This document shows positions 62,328-64,000 of a DNA stretch of 64,000 nucleotides, in pieces. The notes below the pieces were generated by a model. The model was not told the DNA's origin. It did no database searches and was given only the letters and a program-made list of their open reading frames with translations. The stretch comes from Paecilomyces variotii (lineage: Eukaryota): assembly GCA_004022145.1 (NCBI GenBank), contig RCNU01000009.1, one strand, 5' to 3'. How positions within the stretch are numbered: position 1 is the first letter of the stretch; every line of letters starts with the position of its first letter. The position numbers and the translations under genes were made by a program.

Positions 62328-63698
62328 TGACTGACGGCGAGCAGGCTGGGGATGTTACGATACGGTCCCGATACACCGTCAACACCGCCAGAGGGTCTTT
62401 TGTGGCCGGCGCGAATCTTACGCCGCCGTCAGGCCACTGAAATCCCCCCTGGGAGATGAAGAAAGGGGCAAAGCGTTGGCCAGAGAGGGAAAAGGAAGAA
62501 AAAAATTAAAAAGAGCGCCCGGTCGGATCAGCAACCGCCTGCTCCACTGCGCCGTCTCAAGTTCTTTGGTTTTTGTGTCGGTGAATCGATCGTGGATCGG
62601 TCGTCTGCAGATCGTTACACTGCTGCTTGTTTCTCCTCGATAGACAGGAGGATGTATTGGTATTATTAACTTATGATATTATTCTGGCGGCTGCTCGAGG
62701 TGTGATGGTGACTTCATCGATCGTGTACCTGAGAGAAAGAGAGGCACGCCGCAATGAGCATAGCTGACTATGAAGATCCCGTTTCCATCCATCCATGAGA
62801 ACTGCTGTCCGATGCCCAAAGCCGTTAGATAGATGGTAGCTATATCGAGAAAAGCACGAGCGGGTCTAGGTATCCCAAAAGGACACGGTTCCCAGTGTCC
62901 GGGTCATAGCGAGCGGATACTCATGGTGGAGAGTTCTCGATACATGGTACGGAGTAAATTGCTCATTATTATCCTGCCGCCAACACGGTGCCATGGATGC
63001 AAAGGCAAGTTCCATTCGAACCTCTCTGATATTTGGTAATGCTCTTTACGGTCTTCCAGATGACGAAAGTACCCTGTTGAAGTGGAGTGCAATTTCTTTC
63101 CGATAATTATGGACAGACTGGGCATCTGCTGGAAGAAGTTAGTTATATATGCCTGGGGCCTTCAAAATGGTACTTGTGCCATCTCCTTGGGATGCGACGT
63201 GTCATCTTGATTCACACCATTATTGATTTGACATAGTTAGTATTATACGTCGTACAGGACACAATCGACTGCTGTCTGCAAACAATCCCATAGTTAGAAT
63301 ATGCTCTACGCGTCCTTAAACCCGGATGGTCAGTCCATGTGTTCTCACGTACGACACCACGAAAAAGAAAAGAAAAAAGAACAAAATAAGGAGACATCAG
63401 TATTATTATTATCCTAAAGCGATAATTAATATTAATACATATCGTTGGCATGGACTATCCGATTCTACCCGCTTTGTGGAACAGTTTGTTGGGAACAACG
63501 GCTCTTTTGCCTCGGGATTATTGTGTCGCAAATCGATTATCGATAACGAGATAACTTCAGTGTCCCACTTCGCTCCAAGACTCCAAAATCCGGGGTTATT
63601 GTCCAGTCCGGGAGGAACTCAATTGAGTCGTTGCACGGAATAATTATTCAATCTACATCAGGGAAAACCGCACTGATTGGATTCAATTGCTCTCCAGA

Positions 63699-64000
63699 AT
63701 GGCTTCTACAAATGGGGAAGATAGCTCGCCCGCAAAGGAGCTGTGGCGCCCCTCGTCTCCAGAGAAAACGAAGATATACGAATTCAAGGAACTCGTCAGT
63801 AAGAAGCACAACATCCCCCTCAGGGACTACAATGATCTCTGGCAGTGGAGTGTGACGGAACCTGCCAAATTCTGGGAAGAGATCTGGCATTACACTGCGA
63901 TCAAGGCTCATCAACCGTATACCAAAGTAAGCAGCTCAGCCGCTCAGCACTTGTTATTCTTGCTATTGATGATTGGGGTTATCTTTTGCTCCCACATTTT
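63699..64000 (+). CDS. Acetoacetyl-CoA synthetase, first exon (gene continues beyond window)
   Basis: MASTNGEDSSPAKELWRPSSPEKTKIYEFK...DYNDLWQWSVTEPAKFWEEIW; GTAAGC donor at 63927. Confidence 0.75.
   Translation, partial: MASTNGEDSSPAKELWRPSSPEKTKIYEFKELVSKKHNIPLRDYNDLWQWSVTEPAKFWEEIWHYTAIKAHQPYTKVSSSAAQHLLFLLLMIGVIFCSHI

Overview
Intron-containing filamentous ascomycete DNA (Eurotiales-like, judged from protein similarity and GT-AG introns with CTRAC branch sites; no species call possible). Conserved core genes are the 3' end of HIR3, a DUF3292 protein, MUS81, a copper-exporting P1B ATPase (crpA-like), BRF1, LCB2 and the 5' end of an acetoacetyl-CoA synthetase. They are interleaved with small metabolic modules: sugar porter / Zn2Cys6 TF / DenD-like dehydrogenase; FAD monooxygenase / FMN reductase / Zn2Cys6 TF between two BTB genes; PTH11-like / BVMO / phacA. 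Between about 38.5 and 44.5 kb lies an AT-richer gene graveyard. It holds two 126-127 bp solo-LTR-like insertions, each with its own 5-bp target-site duplication (one disrupts an aspartate aminotransferase remnant), and two decayed restriction-endonuclease-fold genes. The best non-obvious signals are a long G-U-containing hairpin in the first intron of a small hyper-acidic nuclear protein gene, a 31-bp direct repeat bracketing an APH-kinase-like gene, and a 5'-UTR intron in LCB2 whose donor overlaps an upstream ATG. No tRNA, rRNA, CRISPR, intact transposase or Starship captain was recognised. All family assignments come from motif recognition and memory, not database searches.
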